Below, one piece after another: positions 50,303-63,616 of a stretch of DNA of 64,000 nt (position 1 is the stretch's first letter; each line of letters opens with the position of its first letter). Location of the stretch: positions 1-64,000 of the forward strand of contig QPGO01000300.1 of assembly GCA_008632985.1 (NCBI GenBank). The letters are read 5' to 3'. The DNA is from Psammoneis japonica. Taxonomy: Eukaryota. Both the position numbers and the translations under genes were made by a program. The notes under the pieces are model-generated. The model searched no databases. It was not told the DNA's origin and worked only from the letters and a program-made list of their open reading frames with translations.

Positions 50303-52719
50303 GCAAATTGGAAATGTAGGACGACCAGGACTGTGGCATTAACCCAGCATTGATTGATGACAGATGTTAAAAAACTGTGGCGATGCGTCTTGGTTGGTTG
50401 AAAAGAGTTGACCAGTTCATTGTGATCATCCCTTTAAATTGTAAAACATTGTTGCATGATGTGAAAATTGACAATGATGTTGATCATCAGCAGTTGTGGT
50501 GAACAAAGGCACACGCTGATTGGGAAAAGAGGGGGATGTTTGCATGGTTGAGGTTTGTTCTTACAGACAAAAAGATGTCTCTGTGGTGAAAAAAGATTGA
50601 CCATCATAGATCAATTTTTTTTGCCAGCTGCACAACTGATGAGGTTTAAAACCACAAAAATGTTGTCTGTCAAAGAGACAAAATTCACAATGAAAAGACA
50701 AAGCCAGATCACTGTGTTGCGCCCTCTGATGTTTTTTTGGTTTTGCAAAGATGGTTTGAAAACAAAATCAGGGGAGAAGGAGACAGAGCAGGCAAAGTTG
50801 TTGACATGCTCATTTGGGGTCTCATCTGGGCAGGCATTGGTTGTTCATTTTTTGGGAAGTTTCTTGGCTGTGGCTTGTTTGTGGTGGCAACGAGTGCTTG
50901 CTGAGTCAGGCTTGGCTTCTGACAGCAGCTCAGCATTGTCAGTTTGTTTCACACAGTCATGCAGTTGGTGGCTGGCATTTTTGCACTGGAAGCAACTGTT
51001 GCCTGAAGAGGACAGCAGCCCCCACTTCACCACCACAACCAAGTGAAACATTCTGAACAAGCAATTTGTCAGATTTGGATTGGCAAAGGCTGCCAACAAA
51101 CATTGAGTCACAGCAGAAGTGTGCCAGAGAAAATGGATTTTGTTGACATTTCACAAATTCAGCGAAAAGGTGGCTTGCAGTCAGCCAGGTTGTGTTTTCT
51201 TGCCATGCATGACTTTTGATTGCACCCTGCTTGTTGCCACCTGCTGCAGAGGAGTGTTTCCTTTCCACTTTGTTTGTGGCATCAATCCAGTGGGGGTGGC
51301 TGCATTTGCTCACAGCAGTTGCCATGCTGCAAAAAGCCAAGATGCAGCAATTTGGCAGCAGCCACTTGTTTGCATTCTTTGTGTTCAAACCAATTTGTTG
51401 CCAATGACAACCATGGCTCAAAGAGGAAGAACCCAGATGAGTGACAAGACAATCTGACAGCCCAGCCATCCACAAAATCCTGTCACTCTTGACCACATGG
51501 CAGATGTGTTTGACCCACTCCATGGGTGCACACCAGCGGAGATGTTTGCAGGCCATCATTGCACAAGACACCACCGTGGTTGTCCATGACTCACAAACAT
51601 GCACCAAGTCAACAACTTGGCTTGTGCAGAAGTTGCAGAAAATTGCATTTTTTTGTGACTGAGGTGAGACTGCCACCAGCAGAGCTTGCTGCTGCTGTCA
51701 GCTCACCACAAGCTGGTGGAAAGCCAGAAATGAACAGAAAATGCAGAGTGGCAGCTGCTCAAAAGCAGAAAACTGTGGTTTTGCTTTCATTTGCAGAGCT
51801 TTTGAAACATTTAGAAAATCTCAGGCACCTGCTCATCCTGCACCACACAGGACATTGATCACTTGCTGCAGTGCAAACTGCTTGCCAAATCAGCACACTT
51901 GCAGCATTTTTGTCAATGAAAGCTTTGATGGACATTGGTGGAGCTGGGCTGGAATCAGCTGGACAAGAATGATTTTGCATGAACAGCAAAGTGCGTGGTG
52001 TGTTGGCTTGCACCTCAGTTTGGTTTTGCCCAAAATGGCAAGGGCAAGGGGGAGCCAACTCACCTTTTTGGGGAACACCCAGAAAATGAGGGGAATTTGT
52101 GGGAAGAGACCACTGAAATGGCTCAGGGGAGGGGAACAAAAAAGAGTGGATTGTTGGAATCCCGCATCAATGCTTGACAGACGGTTGTGCTTCATCCCAA
52201 AGACTGGCAAAGTTGTGCATGCACCACACACTGAGGGTGACAACCATGACTGAACCGCCGACACATTGACACTAAGTGGCCCCATGCGGCAGAGCACCTT
52301 TTGGTGTGGTGCAAAAAAAATTGGCTTTTCAAGGTGCCATTGAGATGACCAAACTTTGCCATGGACTATGGAGATTCGGAAAACTTGGTCGCACTGTCCG
52401 TCAGTCACCAGGCATCGGAGGTCAAAATCTGCGGCGATGATGCTCTTTTCGCACCGGTACGAAGAACCGTCATTAAAAGAATAGAAAGAGATTTGTAAGA
52501 GATCACATTCTACTTTAACATTTGAAGCACTGGTTTAGACATAAAGCTGCACTGAAACCCCCAAGCAATCCACAAGTCAGCTGTCATTTCAAGATCCTGC
52601 CGCTGGTGGATACCACCACTCATCATGCCACATGCCTTCATGCGTTTCACGGCTTGTTCATTCGCCGACCGATCACTGGCTACAGCTGCTGAGACAAGAA
52701 CCGCTTCGCTGGTGAATTT

Positions 52720-53880
52720 GGGCTCCAACCGCCGCCATTGCTAGCAGCTATACTCAAATACAGGATACAGCCTCCCACTGCCACCAGTGCTAGTGGGAGC
52801 CACATACAGTCTCTAACCGCCGCCAGCGCTAGCAGCTGTGCAGGATACAGCCTCCCACTGCCACCAGCGCCAGCATCATACAGGGGAACCCACCGCCACC
52901 AGATAAAAAGGATAGTAGTGCACAGGCTCCAACCGCCGCCATTGCTAGCAGCTATACAGGATGCAGCCTCCCACTGCCACCAGTGCCAGCATCATACAGG
53001 GGCACCAACCGCCACCAGATAAAAAAAGATTGTGGTGCACAGGCTCCAACCGCCGCCAGTGCTAGTGGTTATACAGGATACAGCCTCCCACTGCCACCAG
53101 TGCTGCAGCAGTAGCACACAGGCTCCTACTGCCACCAGTGCTAGCAGCAAAAGGCTCCAACCGCCATAAGGCTCCAACCGCCTCGATTGCTACCAGTGCA
53201 CAGGCTCCAACCGCCGCTAGTGCTAGCAAATATACAGGATACAGGCTCACACTGCCACCAGTGCTACAGCAGTAGCACACAGGCTACTACTGCCACCAGT
53301 TCTAGCAGCAAAAGGCTCCAACTGCCTCAAGTGCCAGTAGTGTACATGATCCCACCGCCACCAGTGCTACAGCAGTAGCGATGTATACAGGCTCCCACTG
53401 CAACCACTGGCCAGTAGCAAAAAAGCTCCAACCACCACCAGTGCCAGCAGCATACAGAAGCATCCACCACCACCACATAATAAGGCTCCAACCGCCTCGA
53501 TTGCTACCAGTACACAGGCTCCAACCGCCGCTAGTGCTAGCAAATATACAGGGTGCAGGCTCACACCGCCACCAGTGCTACAGCAGCAGCACACAGGCTA
53601 CTACTGCCACCAATTCTAGCAGCAAAAGGCTCCAACTGCCTCAAGTGCCAGTAGTATACATGATCCCACCGCCATCAGTGCTACAGTAGTAGCGATATAC
53701 AGGCTCCCACTGCCCACTGCAACCACTGGCTAGTGGCAAAAAAGCTCTAACCACCACCAGTGCCAGCATCATACAGGGCTGCCAACCACCACCAGATAAA
53801 AAGGACAGTAGTACACAGGCTCCAACCGCCGCCTGTGCAAAAGCAGTAAAAGGCTCCTGCCGCCGCCAGTGCTACCACAT
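52720..53880. repeat. Complex C/A-rich minisatellite with a ~314-bp higher-order duplication; TpA intact
   Basis: Recurrent CAGGCTCCAACCGCC, CCACCAGTGCTA and TATACAGGATACAG modules; ATAAGGCTCCAACCGCCTCGATTGCTACC at 53166 and 53480. Confidence 0.85.
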
Positions 53881-54611
53881 TCAGCCCTGCCATAATAGTC
53901 CAGTCCATAAATCATAAATTCATGTTGAAAACAACACCTTCAGAGACGCCACCAATGAGACAGATCTCTTTCAAACTTTCCAACACACATTGTCACATGT
54001 AGAAGCATATACTGTGGTATGGCTACGGGAACGTACTGAAAACGCCGCCGCCGCCGCATCATCATCGTGAAAGTGCCGTTTGCGTTGGCCTCACGCAAAT
54101 TTGAATGAGCTGATTGGTGCAACTGCCATTTCAGTATCGCCCCACGTAACATTACGTACGTGGAATCCTACATATGTTTGGTAAACGCATGGAAGGACAG
54201 GCCGAGTGCGACCATTTTTTCAAATCTCCATAGTCCATTGTTTTCACCGTGTGGGTCGCCTTGCCAAAAAAAGCTCAATTTGCAGTGCTGTTTTGCAGTG
54301 TGGCTTTGTGAATGTTGACAAACACAACTGCAAAAAGCGCGCTTTGAATGAAGCATTTTGGCAAAATGGCACATCACATGATTTTGTCATGTGCTTTGTC
54401 ACTGAATTCTGAAAAATGTGTGTGAAAAACACCCACATCATTTGACAATGTGCAAAATTTTTTGACCGCATCGAAAGGTGAGGAAAGAACAATCTTTGCC
54501 ATCAAATCATCCATGTTGACATTGCTCATGTCTGGCTCTTTTTTTGCCTTGGCCTTTGCTCTAGATCCCTTTTGGTTTGCACTTGTCACCACACAACACA
54601 AGAGGGAAAAC

Positions 54612-54880
54612 ATGATCCACTGCATTCTGCAAATGAGACAGGTCAAAGGAAAGCACAAAAAATGATCCACTGCACTCTGCATGTGAGACAGGTCAAAGGA
54701 GAGAACAAACATCATCACTCAATCAGCCACATTTTGTTGGCCATGTGAAGCTCTGCTTTTGCCTTGGCCTTCACTCCAGGTGCCTTGTGGCTTGCATTTG
54801 TGGCTGCAAAACACCAGAGTGATGCCAAATGATCCACTTCATTTTGCACATGAGATGCATCAATTGGAAGAACAAGAATG
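54612..54880. repeat. Short ~50-bp direct repeats
   Basis: ATGATCCACTGCA.TCTGCA..TGAGACAGGTCAAAGGA at 54612 and 54662, with a diverged third copy at ~54829. Confidence 0.7.
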
Positions 54881-57800
54881 AGCAATCAATCCACCATGAT
54901 TTTGTTGGCAATGCATCTTTCTGCTTTTGCCTTGGACTTTGCTGTGGATGCCACATGGCTTGCATTTGTGATCACATGACAAAGAACAAGTGCAATGATC
55001 TGTCAATGCACCAGCTTTCTGATCAACATCATTCGCTGCACTTCTGTTTCATTTTGTCTTTTGCACTGCAGGTTGCAATGTTGTTCCCAACATTGACTGG
55101 TGTCATTGTTGTTTTGACAAAAGCCGTGTCATGAATGGGGCGCGAATGCACCATGGTGTGTTGCCCATTTTTGTTCTTCCAGCCGGTCGACCGTTGATTT
55201 GCACCTTCATCTGCTGTGTGGTTCCACACGTGTGCCGGCATGTAGAATGTGCAGAAATGTGCAAGAGAGGAAGCACAGGAATTGCCAATGTGTCATTTTT
55301 CATCCATGCATCGAGCGCACATGTGACAAAGCATCATCTGTGCTTTTTCTCCAGGAGCTCATGCTTCCCATGAAAAAACACGGCAAAAAGTGGTGTTTCC
55401 GGGGAATTTCAGGGAGCCCCGCTGCAAAACCAAACCAAGGTTTGCTCTGACACAGAAGGGAGTGTTCATTGTTTGTGACAGCTGCTGTCACATCGGAGAC
55501 ATCCATTTTTGCATTTGGCGGGCAAAGGATTCTTCATGATCAGCAGTGGCAAGGGCAACCTTTGGCAGAGCACTGGCCAATGCTCTCTGGCATCTCTGGC
55601 AGTTGCCTGCAATGTCAGCTTGAAAACCTCTTTGCCCTGATTCCTTTCAACAGGCAGAAGATGACAAGACAGCCATCAGTGCCCAGATCATGCATGGTGT
55701 CTGCAACCAGATGCAGCCATGTTTTCCCACTTGATTCAACCAAATTGTTGCAAGCCATCTCACAAAGAGTGACAAAACACAGCAAACAAGACTTCACGGA
55801 AAGGTGCGGAATTTGCACACAACTCCGTGGCCAAAAGAGGGAGTCACAAAACATGATGATCACGTGACAACAAGAAAATTTGAGTTCACACTCTGAATTC
55901 ACATTGCAACGTACGTTCTCATTCCCTGTCACTTTGCGGAGTGAGCATGTTCCGATGCCTCAATCCATGCTCCACAAAAGGCATTTTTTCATTGCACTCC
56001 GATTGCCAACCCATTTCCTGCACTCCGTTAAACACATTCCACACAAGGAACGGAGTCGACATTTGATGCAACATGGAATGCACTGTGCCACTGCCAAAAG
56101 GGGAAAATGGAATGCTGTGTGGAACATGTCGAGCATGTGGCAAATGCAATGCTGTCGGAACAGTGTGGCACCTGTGGTCCATCTGCTGCAACAGCCAGCT
56201 CTAGAGAGAGCAGAGTTGTCCTGTGCCTCGGCGAGCCTCTGAGTCATCCTTTGCTTGCTGCACTCACCAAATCACAAGACTTCATTGAAAAGCAACAATC
56301 CAATCTTATGACACACGAAGATGACCTCGTGTGTGCCGAGTTCTCATTGCTTGGTGCTGGGCGCATGTTGACATTCACTCTTCATTCTTGTCCACCAAGT
56401 CTTGACAGAGTGTGCCGGGGACCAGCAGTGGCTCGGGCATTTCTGCACTTCTGAAGACAAGCTTGCAAGTCTGAGAGAAAAACAATGGCAGAAGAATGAG
56501 ATGATGTGAGCAAAGAACATGAAAATGCATGGCGACACACTGCACAGAACATCCCCAGAAATCTCGGCACTCACCCTCAAACATGATTCTGAAAAATGAC
56601 ACGACGAATTCGACAATGGCACTTCTCAAGCTGCTGGCATCAATGAACAGAGTTTGCTGCAATGGAGTGCCTCACACTGCCACAACGTTGCAGCCACACT
56701 CGGTGCTCATGAAATGAAGAGGCTCTCTGTGACAAAATGAAAATGAAAAGAACAGTGAGTGGTTCAGAAAATTTGAATGAAAATTGAAGCGTTCAGCTGA
56801 TGTCCTCAAACATGCCATCAAGCAAGAGTGGATTGGTGCCCCCTCCACCTCCTCTTGATGCTGGTTTTCCTCAGCATTGTCATTCATTGATGCACTCAAC
56901 TTGTGCAAGATTTTTGAGAAGTGGAAGTGCAGAGAGGAAAAAGACGCCAATGCAAAAACTTGCTCCAGCATCAATTTGCATGCACGCTGCCAATTCCAAA
57001 AAATGCATGGAATTTCATGACAGTTTTCTCCACACTTTCAAGCAAAGAGTCCACATTTCTTAATGTCAAATGCATCCACATGGTGCATGAGAGATGATCC
57101 ACACATGTTTGTTGCTGAACAGCTCTGCTGCGGAGCTCACACACAGAATTCTGTGGACCAATGTCCAATCCAGGACCAGCCCTGGGTGAAATGACATTTG
57201 CCCATGGAGAACTTTGTGTGAGTTCTTCAACTCCATGTTTCAGTCAATGAACATGCTTGTCTTTAAACTCTGAACAAACAAACAATTTTGCAGTGTGGTT
57301 GTGCCTCCAAATGCTTCAAGCTGCACCTGCCCCATGCAATTTTCAAGACATTGAAAAAGTCAAAAGTTGTTGAACAGATTGCTTGTCAATTGAACTGCCC
57401 AGCAGCACAAAATGTTGCCAAAGTCAGGTGGAGACATGCTTGTGCAACATGCGATGTGATCCAAACAACTGTCAGTGTTGCAGCTCAGCAGCGCAAGGTC
57501 CCACCCAGAGCTGAAGCACATTTGAGAGAGTGCTGCATCTCCACTTTGTGGTTGACACATGAGCTGCTCCCCGCCAACAAGATTGCACATCAATTTGATT
57601 TGGTGCATCCTTGCCTGTTGCATTGCTGGGTGCAATGAAGGAGCAGATCAAAGGATGCTCCAGCAAAGATGATGAGCTGCCAGCAAAACTTTGCCAAAAT
57701 GTTTGAACATTGCATCTGCATGAGTCTGGTCTCACACATTTGACACAAGGCAGAGCACATGTTCCTCTTGTTCCACCTTGCCCTCATTGACATTTGTCCT

Positions 57801-58661
57801 CTCATTGCAGCGCACCTGGCAGATCTCATCTGCAAATCACCCCCTTGATCACAGACTTGTGACAACAGATTCAGCCATGGGTGTTTTCAACTGACAAGAC
57901 AAAACAGGTCACAGGATGTTCCTGCGTGTTCAAAAAATCTTTCAATGCTCCCCTTGCTCTGATGGAGAGCAGTGTGCACAGTCATGGAATGGTGCATGTG
58001 TCCCACAGCACAGAAAGACAATCATCAGTTGCCCTGGGGGAAGGTGAGAAGATGCTGAGATCCATCCAACTTGGAACAAACTCATCTCAACAACAGGATT
58101 CTTAGAAAAGGCATGAACAACCCCTTCTTCAACAGTGAGGGGGCAGGCATCACTGGGTGTTCTTCATTGCTTGAGTCGCTGGGCATGATGTGGTCAATGA
58201 TGTTGGGAAGTGGGTTTTTCCACTGCCCTTTTGAGAGCAAAGCAAATGATGATGCCACCTCCTTGCCTTCACAAGCACCTTTGACAAATGCCGCATGTTT
58301 GCCAACCTTAAAACTGTGGTGCTTGATCCCAAACAAAGGTGCTTGGCAGACAATCACAACATCTTGGTTGACAGGAAGTGAAGCAAGCAAAGGAAGTCTC
58401 AAAACAGGTGCACAGCACTGACATGCAGGGATGCACATGAGAAAAGGAAATGCCAGCTTGAGCGAAGTGACAACATGACAACATTGATGCAATGCTGCCC
58501 CTGCATGATTTTCTCCCTTGAGGTGTGGCTCCATGGCATGATGGTGGTGCACAAAGCTGACATTCATCAAATGCTTTGTTCTTTGTGGCATGCCCAGTTG
58601 AACATTGGCCGGTGCAACAGATTTCAAAACAGACAGATTTCTGCCCTTTGGAGCACAGCTT

Positions 58662-61600
58662 TCAAGAACTGTGCAGCAGGTCAGAACAAAACTGCCAACT
58701 CATCTTGAGATGTGATCCCATCATGTGATGTGACACATCAAGAATGGAGTTGTCCGACTGGTTTTGTGGATCCCAATCTGATGTGGGAATGCTGTCCAAC
58801 AAGGAAAGCATGAGGTCTGAGGAGTCTAAAGAATCCAGCGTCTTTAAGTCCATGCCATCTGATGCACTGGCCTGGGTCCACGAGTGCCCCAGACAATTGA
58901 GGGTGACCTGAGAAGCATGATGATTGGAAAGAGATGAACATCTGCAATGCATTTGGAGCTTCTTGCAGCTTTTCCAAGGCTGCGCAGAACACATTTCCAG
59001 CATCCGCAACCCCATCAAACTAAAAGCGTGCAGAAAAGACGGACGTGAACCAACCAACAGTCCTGGCAAGGTCAAGCCCAGAGGCGATGATGCCCGATTT
59101 GCGGCCATGACCTTCAACGATGATGCAGACATCTGTGCTTTCACCAGATGGCTCCACCAGACTCTGGGCAAGTGCCAAGACCACTGGATCTTTGACAGCA
59201 ATGGTCAACAGCAGCCCTTCGATGTTTGCACATTCAACCAAAAATGATGTCCCATCCTTTCTGGGCTCAACACTTGCACGCCCATCTTGCAAAGCTCTCA
59301 AAGGCAACTTAAAGGGAGGTGCCACTGTGTGGCACCAGTGCGCAAGCTTGTTTGACAAGGAAGATGATTTTGAGCACTTCTGCAGTGCAGATGTCCACTG
59401 TGCAAAGGAGTGTGATTTTGCCGGGAGGCTCGCTGGTCCCTGGCGTCAGTTGGGAGCACAGGCCAAATTGAGGTCATCCACAATCACTCTCCAGCTGACC
59501 TCATCAATGACAAGGTGATGAACAACAGTCAACAGCAGGGGTGGATCAGGTGATGGCCTTCTGAATGGTGCTGCTGCTGCCATTGTTGGCCCATTCTCCA
59601 AGTCACGCAAAGATTGATCTCGTTCAATTTCGCGTTCAATTTCAATCAGCAGCCCATCAAATTTTAACATTTGAATTGTCTTCAATGTGGAATGCGAGAA
59701 ATCTTGATGCAATTTCATCAGTGTGCTGGATCTGCCTGGCATGACGATTCACTGTTTCATGAGAGAAGCGCAAAGTGTCATGATGGATGATGAGTGACAG
59801 GAGTGCAGCCTGGAGAGCTGCCTCATCAACATCATTCCAAACCAGAAACATTGTTGACTGGTTGCAGTGCAAAGGTGCTGGAAACTGCTTGCCAAAAAAC
59901 CATCTGAGGATTGGGGTCAGGTGAACCAGCCAATTTTGGCCCTTTGTTCAGGTGGTCCAAATGAAGCCCAAAAGAGGCTGCAGAAAGCAAAAAGGAAGCA
60001 AGCTTCTCCACTGTCTTAAATTCCATCACAGAAATCACATTGAGACAGTGCTCAAGGCTCTGGGCAAGGGCAGCCAGCTGAAAGCTCAGGAGGGAGTCTC
60101 CTCCCAGCACAAAGAAACTGTCCTGCATGTCCACCCATGGAAGGTCCAGCACTTTGCAAAACATCGCTGCCAGCCTGACTTCCTCAGTCATCCTGGGTTC
60201 CAGAAAATCCTTGGCAGATCTTTGGAATGCAGTGACAGCGTTGCCACCCGGATGATCTCTGTGAACTGATTCCAGCTCATCATGCTTTCCAATGATGCTC
60301 GATTCTGTGCAAGGGTTGCACCCCGCAGGATGCTTTCAAGTTGATCAATCGCCTGCCCAACCGTTGACCAATCAAACAGGTCTGTGGCAAACTTGGCTTC
60401 AACGAGCAAGTGGTCACCAGATCCCAGACTGAACCTGATTGAAAAAAACAAACATCGCTGTCTTGGTCTCCTTCACTTCAAGCTCTGCCACTTTCAGCCC
60501 ATCCAACACCAGGCCTGGAGCAACATTTTCATGTGTTCGTCAACAGCCAGCATTGTTTGAACAAGCAGGGTCTGTCCCCGCAATCTTGAATGAACTGGCC
60601 TTTTCACAAGATCCTCCAAGGCAATGTCTTGATGATCAAATGTCATGACAGTTGCCCGCTTCACCTTTGCAACAAGTTCCGAAAATGTGAGATTCGCGCC
60701 AAGTTGGAATTTGATTGGCAGCATGTTGACAAACATGCCAATGAGGGACTCTGTTTTTGGGTGAGATTGTCCTGATGACAGGACACCTGCAATGATTTCT
60801 TTTGGCCGGTGAGGTGATGGAGCAAAATGAAATGTGCAGAGAGCAAGATGGAGAAAGATGTTGTTGCATGTGTGGCTGCAGCTGCACAGAGTGCAGACAC
60901 AATCCCATGGAACTGTTTCATGAAGCTCCCACCTTCACCCGAGTGGAGCACAGGTCTGAGCCTGTCAGTGGGAAGGCACAGAGGTTTGGGATTCTCCCCA
61001 AGCTCCTCCCTCCAGCAATCTGGCAGTTCTTGGCAGGCCGCACTCCACCAAAACTTTGCCTCCCAAAGGCAGAAGTTGCCAAATTGAATTGTGAGAAGTG
61101 GCAAGCGTTGATTTGCACAGGCAGCTGACAGCTCCATGCACAAAATGTCCCATGACAGACCATCAATGGCAATGTGGTGTGCAGTGATGACAAGCTGCAA
61201 GCGTTGCTCTTCAAGCCAAACAAGCAGTGCTTGGATGGGCAAAGTGTTTGAATCTTTGAGGTGGAAAGGAGCTGAAGCGATGTCTGTCATTGCTTTCTTC
61301 ATGTGCAGCTGCCTGTCACCATCTTCCACATTGCACACATCAAGCTGACGCAAGAGAAACAAAAAATCATCTTGGACAACTTGAAAGGGTTCTTTTGTAG
61401 AATGCCCACAAGAAGAGCGGAGGATCTCATGGCAACTGATGACAGTTCGGAGTGTGTTTTCAAGGCAACAATGATTCACAACATCATTTCTCAGATCAAA
61501 AACTGCAGATGCATGGCAGATCGGTGAACTGGGATCAAGCAGATGAAGGAAATGCATTTGTGCTTGTGCCAAGGAGAGAGGAAGCTGCTTTCCAACTCTT

Positions 61601-63550
61601 TGGCTGCATGGGCAGACCTCAATGTCCACGTTGTCTGTTGCTCCAGCATCCACGATGCGTGACAAAACATCACTTAGAGTGGGTTCTGCAAAAAACTCAG
61701 TGAACCGGACCCGTGTCACAAATTCTTGTCTCACTTTACCGAGGAGCCTCACGGCTGAAAGAGATTGACCTCCAAGGCTGAAAAAGTCAGCATCCTGCCC
61801 AACATCTTGCGGCTCGAGATCCAGCACATCAGCAAAAATCTGTGGCAGTTTCTTGCACAGCGGTGACTGATGATTCTTTGGATCATGAGACCCGACCGTC
61901 GAAGCCCAGGAGTGATCTGGGAGGCGAGATCTGTCCGTTTTGCCAGAGGAGTCGACCCGGCATGCAGCAATCTTGACAAATGCAGCAGGGACCATGTGAT
62001 CTGGAAGAGAAGATGCCAGATGGGATTGCAGACTGCATGCATCTGGCCTTGTGCCCATTCTCTCTGGGACCAACTGTGCACAAAGAAATGGAATGCCTTC
62101 CTTTTGGTGGCAAAGAGCGACAGCACAAGCTCAAACATCCCTCCTTTTGAGCAACTTTGTTTCAATTTCACTAAGCTCAATCCGAAACCCTTGCAGTTTC
62201 ACCTGTGTGTCCAGCCTTCTGAGATGCTCAATGCTGCCATTGGGAAGCCAGCGGCAGCGGTCTCCGGTCTTGCAGATGACTGGCATTTCGGCTGAAACAG
62301 AGAATCTGTTTTTGACGAATTTCTCTGCCGCAAGGTCTGGCAAGTTGAGATGCCCACGGGCCACCTGTGGGCCCGCTGCACAGAGCTTGCCCGGAACACT
62401 GGGTTTCACAGGTTCACCATCAGAATCAAGGATGTAAAGCTTTGTGCTGCCAGGATTCGAAAACCCAATTGACTTTGGATGTTTCATGTCAGGAGTGCAT
62501 TGGATGGATGTCACAGTGACCGTTGCTTTGGCAGGTCCACATTGATTGTTGATGAGACAGCAAGGTGCTGTGCCCATTCTCTGATCAACAGGGGAGGGAC
62601 AGCCTCACCACCAATGGCAGCCATGTGCAAATTGGGAACCTCCTGAGGTGACACTGTGCCAAGCTGTGTTGGAGTGCACCCAAGGGTTGTGACATTGCAT
62701 GTGCAAATAAACTTGCCAAAGCCTTCAAGGGCCGTCCACTTGTCACAAAGAACCGCCATCCCACCAAATGCCCACACCATCCAAATGTCAAAAACAGATG
62801 AATCAAAGGTCAGCTGCCATGATTTGGATGACCCGCTTGTTGGGCCCAGGGTCAAGGACAGCCCGCATCAAATCAATGCAATGGGCCACAGCCAAGTTTG
62901 GAACCACAAAACCCTTGGGCTTGCTGGCAGTGCCCGATGTAAAAATCACACAAGCAAGTTTGTTCCCTGTGACCATTTCCTCTGTCTCTGCTGTTGGTGA
63001 ATCATGGTGGAGGATGAGATCATTGTTGTTGACCACACACAGCGGCTCAATGCCCAGCTTGGAAAACTGCTTGGAACAGGCCTTGCTGCACATGACCAAT
63101 GATGGCAAAATGTCTTCCAGCACGGTTTGGATGCGAGCATTGGGAAGTCGCAAGCCAAGAGGGACGCAGGCCCCACTGGCTTTTAGAACGGCCAGTGCAG
63201 GTGCCAAACAGCCAATTGTCCATTCAGCAGCCAAGCTGACGAGAGAGGATTCGGGTCCGATGCCGCAATGCAATTGCAGCCTGGCAGCCAACAAGTCAGC
63301 AAGCACAATCAAGTTTTCTGCAGGAGAGCTTCTGCTTTCCCGTTGCATCTTCAAGGGCTGCATTGTCGGGCACTTGTCTTGCTGTCCGTGCAAAGATCTC
63401 TCTGAGGGTGGCAAGACCACGATGCGGACGAATCTCTCTGCCGAGCTCCAACACATTCACACCTTCTTCCTTGTCATGCAGTGGCAGTGGTGCCATCTCT
63501 GCACTGTGCCAAAGCAGCTTTTGTGCATGCGTTGCAGCATCTTCCATCAA
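58662..63550 (-). pseudogene. Non-ribosomal peptide synthetase, A-T-C-T-E architecture, decayed
   Basis: A domain: ACVIFTSGTASKPKG, FDSSVFDIW, NQCGP, GPQVARGH, KTGDR, QVKLQGFRIELSEIE. T domains: FFSLGGQSL, FFVLGGDSL. C domain: PLSLAQ, HHIAIDGLS. E domain: HHDTLR, HHLVIDEVSW, EGHGR, RTVGWFTS, LNCLG. Confidence 0.88.
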
Positions 63551-63566
63551 AGGACGATGGTGTGTG

Positions 63567-63568
<2 letters not shown>

Positions 63569-63609
<41 letters not shown>
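63569..63609. repeat. Compound microsatellite (TG)n(AG)n
   Basis: Directly visible. Confidence 0.95.

Positions 63610-63616
<7 letters not shown>

Noticed and set aside
52720..53880. CRISPR-like array
   Set aside because: No constant repeat with unique spacers; modules are shuffled and duplicated as in a minisatellite, and no cas genes are present.
53940..54152. Short ORF with poly-Arg (MMMRRRRR) in the protected island
   Set aside because: 70 aa, no motif or clear splice structure; insufficient support for a gene.
50500..58600. Transposase (Plavaka/hAT/Harbinger-like) in the eroded flanks of the 52-54 kb island
   Set aside because: No convincing catalytic motif could be read; too degraded to assign by eye.
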